From positions 1,445,607 to 1,509,606 of the forward strand of contig JALDTO010000266.1 in NCBI GenBank assembly GCA_023515725.1: a stretch of 64,000 nucleotides of DNA, in the 5' to 3' direction. The notes beneath the pieces were generated by a model. It was not told the origin of the DNA. It was given only the letters and a program-made list of their open reading frames with translations, and did no database searches. Shown here one piece after another: positions 1 to 12,353 of the stretch (position 1 is the first letter of the stretch; each line of letters begins with the position of its first letter). The translations under genes were made by a program, and so were the position numbers. The stretch is from Amoeboaphelidium protococcarum X5 (taxonomy: Eukaryota; Fungi; Aphelidiomycota).

Positions 1-3000
1 TAAAATCACTCAATTGCCCAGTATGAGGGACAAGGCTCCCTATTCTCAAAGCATAGAAGGGACAAGTTCAAGAGTGCCTCTATTGCTATCACTTATGGAG
101 TCGATGATTTTTAATTACTGAAATCCTTGATAAAGTCTGTGGATGTGTATGTCCATCCAAGTAGTCATAGCAGTTGTACTGGGAGAATTGTCAAGTTGGT
201 GGCGCTGTTATGTGAGACTCTCCATTCTCGTGTGCGTATGGAGAAATATGGTTAGACTAGATATGAAGAGAATGCGTTTATCTCGTATGAAGATCTATCT
301 CATCGAGTCAGATTATTCTATTCTTTATTAGAGGTGTCTGTGTTTGGAAAGGATTAGAAGAGTGTTAGCGAATCTTTGGCTGGTATTAGACACTTGGTAT
401 GGTTGGCGCCAGAGATTATCAATGATGCCGTTGTGAAAGTTCTCCCTAGTCTTGAAGGAGTTGATATGGCGCACAGAACTTCTAGTAGTTTATAAATGTT
501 GTCTTATATGAGCATTCCTATGATTCATAGATTCCATAATCCATCTGGTGCAGAGTAGATGAATATGCTTCTGCGTCTGTCTCTACCTGGCATTGATATG
601 AATGATCCCAACAAGACTTTTAATACTCTGTTAATGTACTGCAAATTGTTTGTGTTTATACCATTGCATTAAACTGCTACTGTTGGTGTAAAGTGTGAAC
701 TTCCATCTGATCTTGCAGGATACAGAGGTCCAGTCAATGGTTAGTAGACTCATGGCGATGCTCAAGATTTAGAAGCATATATAGAAAGTACCGCTATCCT
801 CACGTAGTATTTGCCAGAGTTTTTGTTCGAGTTACTGAACAAAATTGAAGTCTTGATTGAGAACTTGCCTAGATTGTCTGAGACTAATGCCACAATTGAA
901 GGCAATCTGATGCATGTCGTTGTGTTTCTGTGTGATATTCTGTTCCGCTAATGCAGTGTAAGTAATCTTGACATTGTAGAGACCTGGCTTATCAAGATTG
1001 TAAATATGGCGGCCATCCCTGCTAGTAAATTCATCTCGCAGATAATATCCATCTACCTGATTGCGCGTCCAATTGCCCTTAAAAAGATTGCTGATTACAT
1101 CCAAGTATCGATTGAGCGTGAGATTGAGTACGGCTCCGGTCGTAAGGCTTCAATTATCAAGCATTCTCACGAGTCTCAACAGGAGCTGGTTGGTGATTAT
1201 ATGTTGTGGTATTACCTTATTCTGTATCGTGGCTGTGCCATGTCTGTCGGTCATGCATTTGGTGCGAATATTTCAAATTCTGTCTCTGTTTGTCAGTAGA
1301 TGGTTGAAAATGCATCGCGCTGGCTCTTACAAGTGGCATCAAGGACGTGTTATTCTGTTATCACCCGTATTTTGCGTTGTGTGTTGAGCAGTGTGAGTTC
1401 TATATTTGTACTTGAACGCGGTGCTATCTCTAATGATTGCACACCTGATGCTGCTACTCAATACTCTTTTCTCTGGGGACTCAGCCCTTATGAACGAGTG
1501 TGCTAGAAGCTTGGATAACCGCTAGGATCTTTTATTTTGGATGAGAGACGCCACAAGAGCAATGTTGGTGAATCATTGTAAAAGGCTTTGCCTTAAGAGT
1601 AGTTTTGGAATGAAATTAAGTTGGAACTTAATGTTCAATGGCATATTCCTAGAGATCAAGAGAAGAAGTTGGCCTTGAGCATTGTTAAGACTACAGTTGA
1701 GCCTCTGATTGCTTAACTTAGCGGTTTCAGTGCTCTCGCTGGGCGATAATCGGCGACTTCTGAGTAGAATACCGCCCAGAATCTATGCAAATGTCTTACC
1801 CAGATATATCATGCAATCCAAGGAATGGCTACCCTTTTGGACGTGGATCACGCGAATGTGAACAAGGATGATTCTGCTCGTGCTCGCTTCTCCTCAGTGT
1901 CCAGTGTTGATGAAGACTTTTCATTGCCTGAACAGTAGGATATGGCCATGTAAGAGTCTCTGGAAGACTTGGTTGGCGGATAGGGAGGAGATTTTATGGA
2001 TCATGGCATTGAAGAGGGGCATTATCTAAAGAAACCTCTGCCTGCTGGATATGTTTTCACGGATCCCAACTCTGATGAGTACAGGTACGTACTGTCGGTG
2101 AGACATAAGATTGGTTAGTCGTTGCTGTAAGTTTGTCAATTCATGAAAGATAATCTTAGCGATAATATTGAGTGTCAGATCATGCTTGTGAAGTCCATTC
2201 GCGCGTATTTGGTTGATCGCGGTCTGGAGAAGGATCGATATGATGATTACAGTAGAGCCTACTTGTTTATGAAGAGTGTTCTGCGCATTGGTTCTCGCAG
2301 AGAGTATAAGATGTATTCACATTATTTGTGGCTAAAGAGACTGCAACTGGCTCATCATGCTAGATTGAAGCATAACAGTTTGAGCGAGAAAGGGAATCTG
2401 GTTGATATCTAACTTTGCCGTCAGTTACTTGGTCATTTGGTAGAGCTTGCAACTGGGAATTACACGGACGTTCGTATAGAATCTTAGCATGTACTGTTGA
2501 AATTGCTTAGCTCTTTTGCCAAATTGAAATATCATATTCTAGATCAGACTTTTGAGCTTATCAGAGAAACTTTGAAGCTCTTGGCCAAGTCTCCTAAAGA
2601 TTCTTTGTTGTTGAATAGACTCAAAGGCGCACTGAATATTCTGTCGTTGAAGCCGTTCAGCAATGTTTATCGTCGGCGATGGAAGTACATATCCAAGTTC
2701 TTGGTGTCAGTGGTCAAATGTTTAGCCGTAGATAATGCCCACGTTCAGGATTTGGTGCACAATGTCTTTCTAGATTTCATCAATAAGTTTCAGAGTCCCC
2801 CTTTGTCCGTCAACAGACTGGAGTTTGTAAAAGCTTCTGATGCGAATTTTACTCAAGTGCAGAGTAAGCGCTTTAGCGAGCACCTCTAGATCTATAATGA
2901 TTTGATTGTCTCGCTATTGCACTTGGAGTAGGTGGCCAGTCATTGGAAGAGTAGTGCTTTCATCTTGAATATGGTGGATATGTTGTTGAGACCCGATGTT

Positions 3001-5160
3001 CCGTTGAGGTCAGATGTTGTGACTTCTATTGTATCTAATGTTAATAACGAGTCTCTAGCTGTAAGAAAAGTTGCATAGGCAGCTTTTGTTGGCCTGGTGA
3101 AGAAGATCAAGGTGCGCAGCTAGTTATTGGATCCGAAGATGCCTTAAAAGTATAAGCTGATTGCTTCATAATCGCAGTATGTTGGCTCAGGGGCTGCAGA
3201 GTAGACGGAACTGTTTATTGATGATCAATCTCTTGGCTGGCTGTTCAGTCCTTCTAGTTTCAAGGCTTATTTGAAGAATACTGATGATGCAAATTTGCTT
3301 TTGTATAAGTTGAAATCTACCGCTGAATTGCCTGTGTATTAGAGTCTGATTAATTTGGTGTCTAGCTCTGAGTTTTGGTAGTCCTTACTGAAGTTCAATG
3401 CTTTAGAGTCGACCAAGTTTAATTCTAAACGCGCCGCATAGCCTGGAGAAGAGCACTTTTCAACTTTGAACGTAAACGTTTATAAGCAGATATTCAGAGT
3501 AATTGAGGATCAGGTTCTGTATAAAGTTATTAGTCCCATGGTAGAGCCGTGGTTCAACAAGTTGGATGATAAAGCCTTGAGTAGGGCGGCCTCTGAGTTT
3601 TCTACTGGTCTGGTGCTTGGCAGTAAGTTGTGGTCGCAGTAGAAGAAGGATAAATTGTGGAGTTGGTTAACTCCGCTGTTGAGAAAAGCTTTGCTGGGAT
3701 GTACTTAAGAGAATCTGTAGTTCTGGCATTACTTTATACGTTTATCCTGCTCTCATCACGACTTGCACAGAAGAGTTTAATTGCAATAGCTTCTTCTCGA
3801 TGATCCTCTACTTGCCATTAACATTGACGCGTAGACGTCGTCATTCGCCGAGTTGAAGAAGTTGAAGTTTAAATTCTATTTTATGGCTGCTTATTAGTTC
3901 AAATTAAAGCCACAAGCTTAGAAAATGGCTCTGGAGTATGCTCAACTTATCACATGTCCATCCAAGTAGGTTCGTGAAATGCTTGCTCTAAACATAAGTC
4001 AATGTCTTCTTGCATCTTATCAACCTAATGAGCTGGTAGATTAATTGCAGATGCCAAAGCTTGAAGGATGGAGAAAGTTACTCGCCGTAGATCAGAATAG
4101 CTTGCAACTGTTTGAGTCTCTATCATCAATCGACAGGTAGAACGGAGACTTGGTGGTAGGAAAAGTTTACGGATCAGAATTTGGATAATCTGCGAAATCT
4201 ATGTTGTAATTTATTGTGGAGCCAATATCTGCGGGGTAAGGTCACCGTATTTTGCCTCTTTTGCTACAAGGTAATAGTCCCTATATTCAAGATTTACTGC
4301 GGCTGTAGTCAGTGGACGATTTGGAACTTGCCAATGCGGCAGTAAATGTTCTGTCTATCGTTCCAGACATGAGTATTCCGCCTTATGAACGCATAAGCTT
4401 CACCAAGACTCTTCTCGATGCATTCCGCACAGGTTTAGTAGAATGCGCAGCCAAAGATGAAGAGTCCAAAAGAAAGATCAAGCTTCGTATTCTCGCAATG
4501 TTGCAAGTTGTCACCGTGAGAAATATTTTGTTCATTCTGAAGGAGTAGGAAATTGTCGATGTTGTTGTGTCGCTATGTCTTGAATTGTTGGTGGATTAAA
4601 GTGTAGAGGTGAGAATATTGGCTGGTATAACTATTGGTGGTCTTGTGAGATTATTCAATAGTCAATCACTGATTGATGTCTTGCGTAAGAAATTTGTATC
4701 TTTTATTGCCGCCGCTGGAAAAGAATCTACTAGTGGAGGAGGTACTATGTCTATTGCCAAGAAACACGGTGGAATTCTGGGATTATGTGCATTGATCCAG
4801 GCATATCCTCATGATATTAAGTCTTTTACTGCAGAAATTCTGGTTCAGTTATCAAGACATTTAAAAGAGCAGTCGCCAATTGACCGCTCTGTGAAATTGC
4901 TTTTCGCTAGTTTCCGCAAGTCTCATCAGGATACCTGGCATCAAGATGTTCTAAACGGAGAATAGGAAGATTACTATGACATTTATGGTTACAGTAGAAG
5001 TAAGAATAGGAGTGGCGGAACGCGTGATAAAGCAGCCAATCAGCAGAGTGCTGTCGTTCCTTCTGGTAGTGATGATGATGTTCGTAATGGAAAGTTTACG
5101 TAGGCGCAATTAGACAAGCTGGAAGGATTACTTACTAGTGCATCAACTTACTATGCATGA
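1..5160 (+). CDS. BLM10: Proteasome activator PA200/Blm10 (5'-partial)
   Basis: The frame-1 ORF fragments join into one reading when TAA/TAG=Gln. Recognisable segments include LPGIDMNDPNKT and HGGILGLCALIQAYP...FRKSHQDTW. It ends in the diagnostic C-terminal YYA (HbYX motif) followed by TGA at 5158-5160. Confidence 0.93.
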
Positions 5161-5542
5161 TGATGTGTACAATTCTTTGTATTTAAAAATAAAAATTGAT
5201 ACGAAAACTTTTACAGTCTTCTTCCATTTTCTTGAATTACTCTAACAACATGTTGAAGGACGCCGACTCTCACAACTCTTCATTTAAAGATCGTGATCAG
5301 GAGCGAGATTAGTCGAAAGCGCCAACAAGCCCCTGAACATGCAGCACAGAAATGAAATAGAGGCGCAGTGGGGCAATATTTTCGCATTGCCGCGTATTCC
5401 ATTCACCTTCCTTAACGGTAAACTCGCGCGTTATTCATCCTTGTTCAGTGGCTATTATCTGATTTTCAATATACCTTACGGCTGCTGTAAATAACACTAA
5501 TAGAATTTCCGTTGAAATTATAGATAAATCATCATCACTAAT

Positions 5543-7018
5543 ATGAGCGAAAGTACCACTAATATTCCCAAGGGAATTACACGTCAGGATGTATAGAATA
5601 GCCTGATGGCGTAGAATGAAATGCTAAAAGTGGCGTCTAAATATTATCGCAAAGTGCTGGAGATGAGCTAGACTAGTCTGGAGTTTGCTAACAGTCTCGA
5701 TGATGTGTCCAAATGCAAAGGAGCTGAATAAAGCGGCGTCGGTCTGAATAGCGCTGCTGAGTTGCACAGGCTTATCGCGAAGCACTAGGAGCAGTTGGCT
5801 GAGCTCATCCATAAAGAATATGAGGTCCCGCTGCAGCGTAATCTTGCCACTCATACGAAGCGTATTGAGGAGAATGATCGTCAATTTGAGAAGACCATGA
5901 AGAAGATGCAGGATGACATTAGCAAGACTGAGAATAAGATGCTGAAGGGAAGGAAGAAGGATCTGGCCGTATTCCAATAGTCCCTTAAAGACATGCAGCG
6001 TCAGGCTGAGGAGCTGGAGCAGATTAGAGAGCAAAACAACACGCGTGTCCTATAGGAAGAGTAGAGGCATTTCATGTTCCTTGTGTAGAAGGCTGCCGGT
6101 GTGGTAAAGAGCGAGTATGATCATTACTCTGCGCTGGCACTGCTCAGTAGAGATGTCACCGAGGAGATTATTGGTATTGCATTCGCTCCACCTGGCAAGA
6201 CTTTGGACCAGGCAGAGAAGCGGCGCGTCGTTGAGAAGTTCTTGGGCTCTAGTATCAGTGTCACTGGCAGTCCTCAGCTTCAGCATAGAGATTCTATGAG
6301 CAGCATTGGAAATACTATTAGCAGTGGAGGCAACAATTATAATGGTGGGTTTGGTGATGACGCTGAGTCTCGTAGAGTCAGTCAGAGCTCATCTGTTGTC
6401 GGTCAGGTTATCCATCATTATATCAAATCCCCTCAAGGAACTGGTCCCGCCGGTCAACTGCCGACTGTTGGTGGTAATAGCGCTAACTCTGCAGCACGAC
6501 CTGCAACTCCTCCAACCACTCCATAGCCACTGAATACAAGACGCTCATCCAATAGCACTGCAGAAAAGGCCGCTGCAAGACGATTGAGTTCCGGTCAAAT
6601 GAGTCCGCTGATCCAAGATTCACTGAAAAAGTTGAACTTGGCTGCATCTAATGTAGGTGCTTCCTAGTAGTAGTAATCTATAGAGAGTGGACAGCCTGCA
6701 TCGACGCAGTAGAAAGTTGCGCGTGCAGAATCCAACTCATCATCATCTGTTGCTAAATTGACTAAAGTTGTAGAAGAAGAATCTGCTGCTGCTGGTGCCG
6801 GTGCTGCCGTCTCTACTAAGAAGACTGATCTTGATCTGGTTGTTGCTATTCATGACTTTGCGGCTAGAAGTGAACGTGAATTGTCCTTTGGAAAGGGCGA
6901 CGTATTGCTGGTAAAGTAGAGAAATGATAATTGGCTGTACGCTACTCATCATCCTGCTCAGGTTGGTGCCAAGAGCGGCTGGATCCCGGTCAGTTATACC
7001 AACAGTCATTAAGGTTGA
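5543..7018 (+). CDS. I-BAR/IMD (Ivy1-like) domain protein with C-terminal SH3
   Basis: N-terminal helical domain (LKVASKYYRKVLEMSQTSLEFANSLDDVSKCKGA) resembles Ivy1/IMD. A Ser/Pro-rich linker leads to an SH3 (VAIHDFAARSERELSFGKGD...WLY...GWIPVSY). TGA at 7016-7018. Confidence 0.75.
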
Positions 7019-7370
7019 GAGAGTAACAGAGGAAGATGAGATAGTATGTTTGAATTGAATAAAAGTAGACTTAGTTAATAGCTTTTATTATTATCTTATC
7101 CTCTTAATGTTTAAGATCTTGAACATGATTTAATACAAAGAGCTAGTTTAATTGCGCATATTGCAGTCCAATCAACGCTGCCGTTGTGACTTGGTCATAA
7201 TAATAGACCATCAATCAATGGTGTAAGCGGTGGTATTCCCACGTCTTCTCTGCACTTAAATCGATAGTGTTAGCATTTATAAGTAGCAGAAAATAGTTTA
7301 TAGACTTTACTAAATACGCGTAAATATATTAATTGAAATTACAGACCTCTCAAGTGACCATCCACAAGTA

Positions 7371-8221
7371 ATGAATCAAAACTGTGCAAAGTGTAACAAG
7401 ATTGTCTACCCAACAGACAAGATTCAAGCTAATAACCAGTCTTTTCACAAACTGTGCTTCAAGGTATGATATTGTACTGCACAGAAGATATGATAACAAT
7501 ATGATTATATTTATTGTAGTGCAATGAGTGTGGATTAACGTTAAACTTGAAGAATTTTCAGTCGTTCAACTAGACGCCTTACTGCAAGGCTCATCTGCCT
7601 AAGCACAGTGCTACCGTTGTGGCTGATACTCCGGAGAATAATCGTATCAGAAATGTGGCCTAGATGGTCAGCAATGTGCAGTACAGAGCTGATTATGAGA
7701 AGATGAAAGGTGATGCTGGTGGATTTGGTCAGGCTGCTCTAGAGGCGCCCGAGATTAAGAATTCAATGAAGGCTGCCCAGTAGATCAGTCAGGTCAGGTA
7801 CACGCACATAGCTCATGATGGCCCAACTAATTCGGCTTAATCCAACAACAGCGTTCACTCTGCCAATAGATCTATTGCTAGTGCATCACCAGCTGTATCC
7901 AATGCAATGATCAACTAGTACAGCGCACCTGCACCTGTAGCTGTAGCTGCCGGAGTTGAAGTTTAGTAGTAATAGCAAGCTGTAAGAGCAAGTTAGCAGT
8001 AATTGGCACCGGAAGATGTTCAAGCTTCTGCGTAAAACATTGCTGCCATGCTTTACAAGGCTTCTTTCGCGTACCACCCTGATGCTGATGATGAGCTGTC
8101 CTTCGATGTCGGTGACAGCATTGTGGACGCACAAATCGTAGCCGAGGGATGGTTGTACGGCACGAATCAGCGCACCGGTAAAGCGGGTCTTGTCCCAGAG
8201 CCATACGTGCAGAAAGTCTGA
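7371..8221 (+). CDS. LIM-nebulin repeat-SH3 protein (LASP1-like); intron 7464-7519
   Basis: LIM domain CAKCNKIVYPTDK...FHKLCFK|CNEC...PYCKAH is split by a GT-AG intron. Nebulin-like repeats (VADTPEN...SNVQYRADYEKMKG) follow, then a C-terminal SH3 (DDELSFDVGD...EGWLYGT...GLVPEPYV). Confidence 0.88.
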
Positions 8222-8940
8222 ACTGATCATTCATTTTTTTCATTGCACGCATTGGTTTGCTGGGCTGTTGATGAGTGTTGATCGTATCGGAAGCGTGTAT
8301 TTTTTGGTACTTGAATGATGTTTCTCAATTGAAATGACTAAAATAGATTTGTCTCTTTGTTTCATGGTGATTTCTTCTTGCACACTGCATAAATGATGAT
8401 GGTCCCTTCATTCTATGAAAGACTCTGACGGTGAAAGCTGGAGCGGTAAAATTTCTCCCTAGAATATAGTTTCAGATTAGCTTCTCTTCGCCCAGAACTT
8501 TTTCAGTATTGAAAGTGTCGATACACCCACAGTAGTTGCTGATATAATCTCGATTCATCGCGGACCAAGAGGATGGATTTACGAAACGCAAAAACATCTT
8601 CAGTAGAGAGACTTTGCACAGAAGGAGATCTCAAGTCCAATCGCCTGGAAACGTTTCACCGTTGAAACAATTCAACTCTATCGATTGTTTGTTTGATTTC
8701 AAAAGTGCCCAGACTGTAGAAGCCACGTTCTCTTATTATTCTTTCACACAGCACTTGAATTGAACTGACTGGACTGACTGAGAAACTATCTTCACGCTCT
8801 CTTTCCCAGGCGACGTTAAGTTATTCTGAGACTAATATCAACAAAGTTTGTTTCAACTTGGTAATTAGTATTCATCGTAGTTGCCTTAATATACATCAAT
8901 CATATTGTAAAGTCAAAGTAAAGTCAGATTAAAATCAACT

Positions 8941-11890
8941 ATGGCCAGCAAGCAGATTGTGAATAAAGCTCCGTAAGAAGCCGGATTGTATCTGGTTCCC
9001 CTGGTTTACACTGGACAAGGAGACGTTCTAGTTCCCACACATCAAGTATCTTGCCAAGCTAACGGTATGTATCATATTTTTTCATGTTTTCTATATCATA
9101 TCTTCTATTGCTGTTTATGCCTCTTTCGTTTATGAATGTGTAGTAATTAATCTCCTCTGCCATAATCAAGTAACGTAAACTTTCAAGGTGAGTGCGATTT
9201 AGAATGCAGCAGACATTGTTGGGGATGTTGAAGCCATCTATCGTTTGCCACTTGTCGATAGAGCTCTCATTAACGGGCTGGAAATTAACATTGATGGAAG
9301 GAATATCACAACTTCCATCTCTGATACTGACACCGGTAACAATCAAGAGGATATGATTGCCTAGATGGACAAGCCCAAGCGTGAATTGTTGCAGATCAAT
9401 ATGGGTCAACTGAAGTCCAACTCTATCGTTACCGTATCTATCTCTATGCTATATGAGCTAAAGAATTATAACCAGCAATGTGTCAATTACGTTATACCTA
9501 CCCATTTGATTGGAAAGGACTGGAAGGAGGACCATAAGGTTTCTTTCAAGGCCAGTATTCATTTCTAGATGCTGTCTCAGATTAAGAATATTGTTTCATC
9601 CGTACCAGATGCGTAAATTGAACTGAATTGTGCCAGAGATGCTAATAAGCGCGTAGTAAAGGAGGAAGATAAGGCTAGACATGCACAAGTGAACGTCGAT
9701 TTGAAGTTGTCTAAGGAAGACTTGTCATCTGAGCACACTCTGTCCATCTTTACTGCAAAGTGGGGCTAGTCTATGGCTATTACTGAATTCAATCCCAAGA
9801 CTAAAACTTACTGCACCATGTTGGATTTGTGCCCATAATTCAAACAGGGAGAAGGTGAGATGAAGTGTGACTTCGTAATTTGTTTTGATATGACTTCCCA
9901 GATGGTTGGTGGCAAGGCATATAGAATGAAATAAGCAATTCAGGTGTTGTTGAAGTCGCTACCTGAAGACTGTTTCTTCAACCTAATTGGCTTCGGTGCT
10001 GGCTGTGCTGCCATGTAGCCGTATAAGAGCTTAATCAATGGCCCTGATGCTCAGGAAATGGCCACTGCTTTCTTGGATGGAATACAGCCAGACATGGGTG
10101 CTAAACGTGATTTAGAAGTGTTTAAGAATGCTTTTACTGAAATCAAATTATAGCCTAATTATCGCCGCCAAATTTTTGTGATTACTGGTGGAGAATTTGA
10201 GAAGGCTGATGAAGTGCTCAAGTATGTTCGTAGCTAGTCTAATGGTGGTAGAGGAAGATTGTTTTGTGTTGGCATTGGTAAAGCGTCAAATCCGGCGTTC
10301 TTGGAGAAGTTGGGCTCTTATGGAAGTGGCGAAGCATACTTTGTCAATTCTCAGGATAGGTTGGAGCTGAAGATGTTGGCCATGTTGAAGAAGGCTATGC
10401 AACACGGCGCACGTAATTTCAGAGTACGCTGGGTTGACAACAAGGTGTTTTAGTCTGCCGCGCCATCCACTCCCGAGAGTGCCAGTACGAAGAGTAAAGA
10501 TGGATCTACGAAGACTTTCGGTATGAAGGACTTGTTTACTGTGGATGAAGCTGATGTGGCCAAATAAGAGTCTTTCAAATTTGACGAACACGTTCTATGT
10601 CAGACCCCAGCTGATATTCATTCTCTGTACGTTGGTAAGAGAACTTCGGTGTTTGCGTTCACCAAGTTACCTGCTCAGCTACTGAAGGAACTATTTCTGT
10701 CTGCTGCCTCCACGGAAGGCCCATAAGACTTTACGGCTGAGGTTGTGAGCTCCGTCATGATTGTCGGTGAGAATGATGTGCCAATCATTCATACTATGGC
10801 TGCAAAGCGCTTGATCAATGATTTGGAAGACAATCGCTCCTACTTTCATATTGGTCTTCCTTTCCATCCGACGCTGGAGGCTAAGAAGAGATCTCCATCT
10901 CAAGTTGATGCGAAAGACATCTCTGCAACTATTGTCAAGCTAGGCAAGGAGTACAGTTTAATGACATCAAAGACTTCGCTGATTGCCACGAATGAGTTTG
11001 GAGAGTAGTTGAAGAAGACAGATCTGAGCATTAATTGGATCATTCCAAGTCATCGCGCGGCTAATGCTAAGGCTTTAAGTCCACGTGGTCAGACTCCGAG
11101 TCCGTCACCAACGAAGTCTTCACTGAGCGACAAAAAGGATTCAAGTTCCGGTGATGTTAAAGGATTAGGATCTCGCAGCAGTCGCACCAGTTTATTCTCG
11201 TTTAAGCGCAAAGATTTGGGCAAGACTCCAGCCAATGCTCCTGCACCTAGTGCTGACTCTGGTAAAGGATCTTCATTAGCTCCGGGAAGCAATCAGTCGT
11301 TTGTAGAGTCTCACATTTCCTAGGGATCAGATGGTGGAGCAAAGATGTCCTAACTCTCTAGTGATCATTACGGCAATACCTCCGCCTCCATGTCCAGAAT
11401 CTCAGCTGATGGAGAAGGAACAGCTACGGAGGCTTCCAATTTTCAGGAACCGCCAGCGAATGACAAGTATTCAATTATAGTGTCTCTGCTGCGTTTCCAA
11501 CAGGCTGATGGCTCTTTTGTGTGGAAGAATGAACTGGTTGATCAATTGTCTTTACTGCCTCAAGCAGTCGGCCAACAACAATAGTTGGACTAAATTTAAG
11601 CCTCTCTAGCTGAGGATGATAAGAGTACAATATATCGCAACGATATTTCAGGAAAGGTGAATAGCGGTAAGTCTCAGGTAATTCTGGATCCTAATGCTGA
11701 AGAATAGCAAGCAGTGTGGGCCACGCTTCTGGTGCTGGCTTATTTTGAAATTCATCTGCCAAGTGAACGTGACATTATTGCATAGAGTGAAAAGAAGGCC
11801 AACAAGTGGTTGGACTAGCCTCAGTAACTTGGCTATTTGAGCGTTTCTAAAGATCAGGCTGTCGATGCTGCAAGATCCGTCTATGCGTGA
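8941..11890 (+). CDS. VIT + von Willebrand A domain protein (VWA5A-like); intron 9065-9143
   Basis: VIT-like N-terminus (VEAIYRLPL...INGLEINIDGR) and vWA domain (LLKSLPEDCFFNLIGFG, IFVITGG, FCVGIG). The family C-terminal motifs LGKEYSLMTSKTSLIA and QQADGSF are present. Single frame after the intron to TGA at 11888. Confidence 0.85.
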
Positions 11891-12353
11891 AGTTTGCATG
11901 GTAGTGAGTGCGTCGATTACGATTTGGTATTTATGATGAGGTGAATAAATGTTGAGAATAAATTAGGTCGTGTACGTTGATTTATTTACGATAGTATCTA
12001 ATTGTTTGTCGTCTATAACTCAAAATCGTCTACCGATGTTGTACAACTACTGTACATCACCGGATCTGTACTTGATTCTCAGAAATTATAGCCAGCGTAA
12101 TGTTTGTATCGTTGATGTTTTCATCATGGCCAGGCTCGACTTTTTAACATTCCCACAGCTTTGTTTGATTTCCTGAAAGATGCCTTGGCAACGGATCAGG
12201 CTCGATCAGTTCAGCTTTGAGACTCAATTCAATTCAATGGTATTGGTAATGTTTGTTTTGGCCTGTGCTTGCTTGCCCACGCTGTTGTGTACTCTTTTTC
12301 CCATCCGACTCTGCACATTAAGACTTTTACTATAATTGCATTTTTGACTTATA

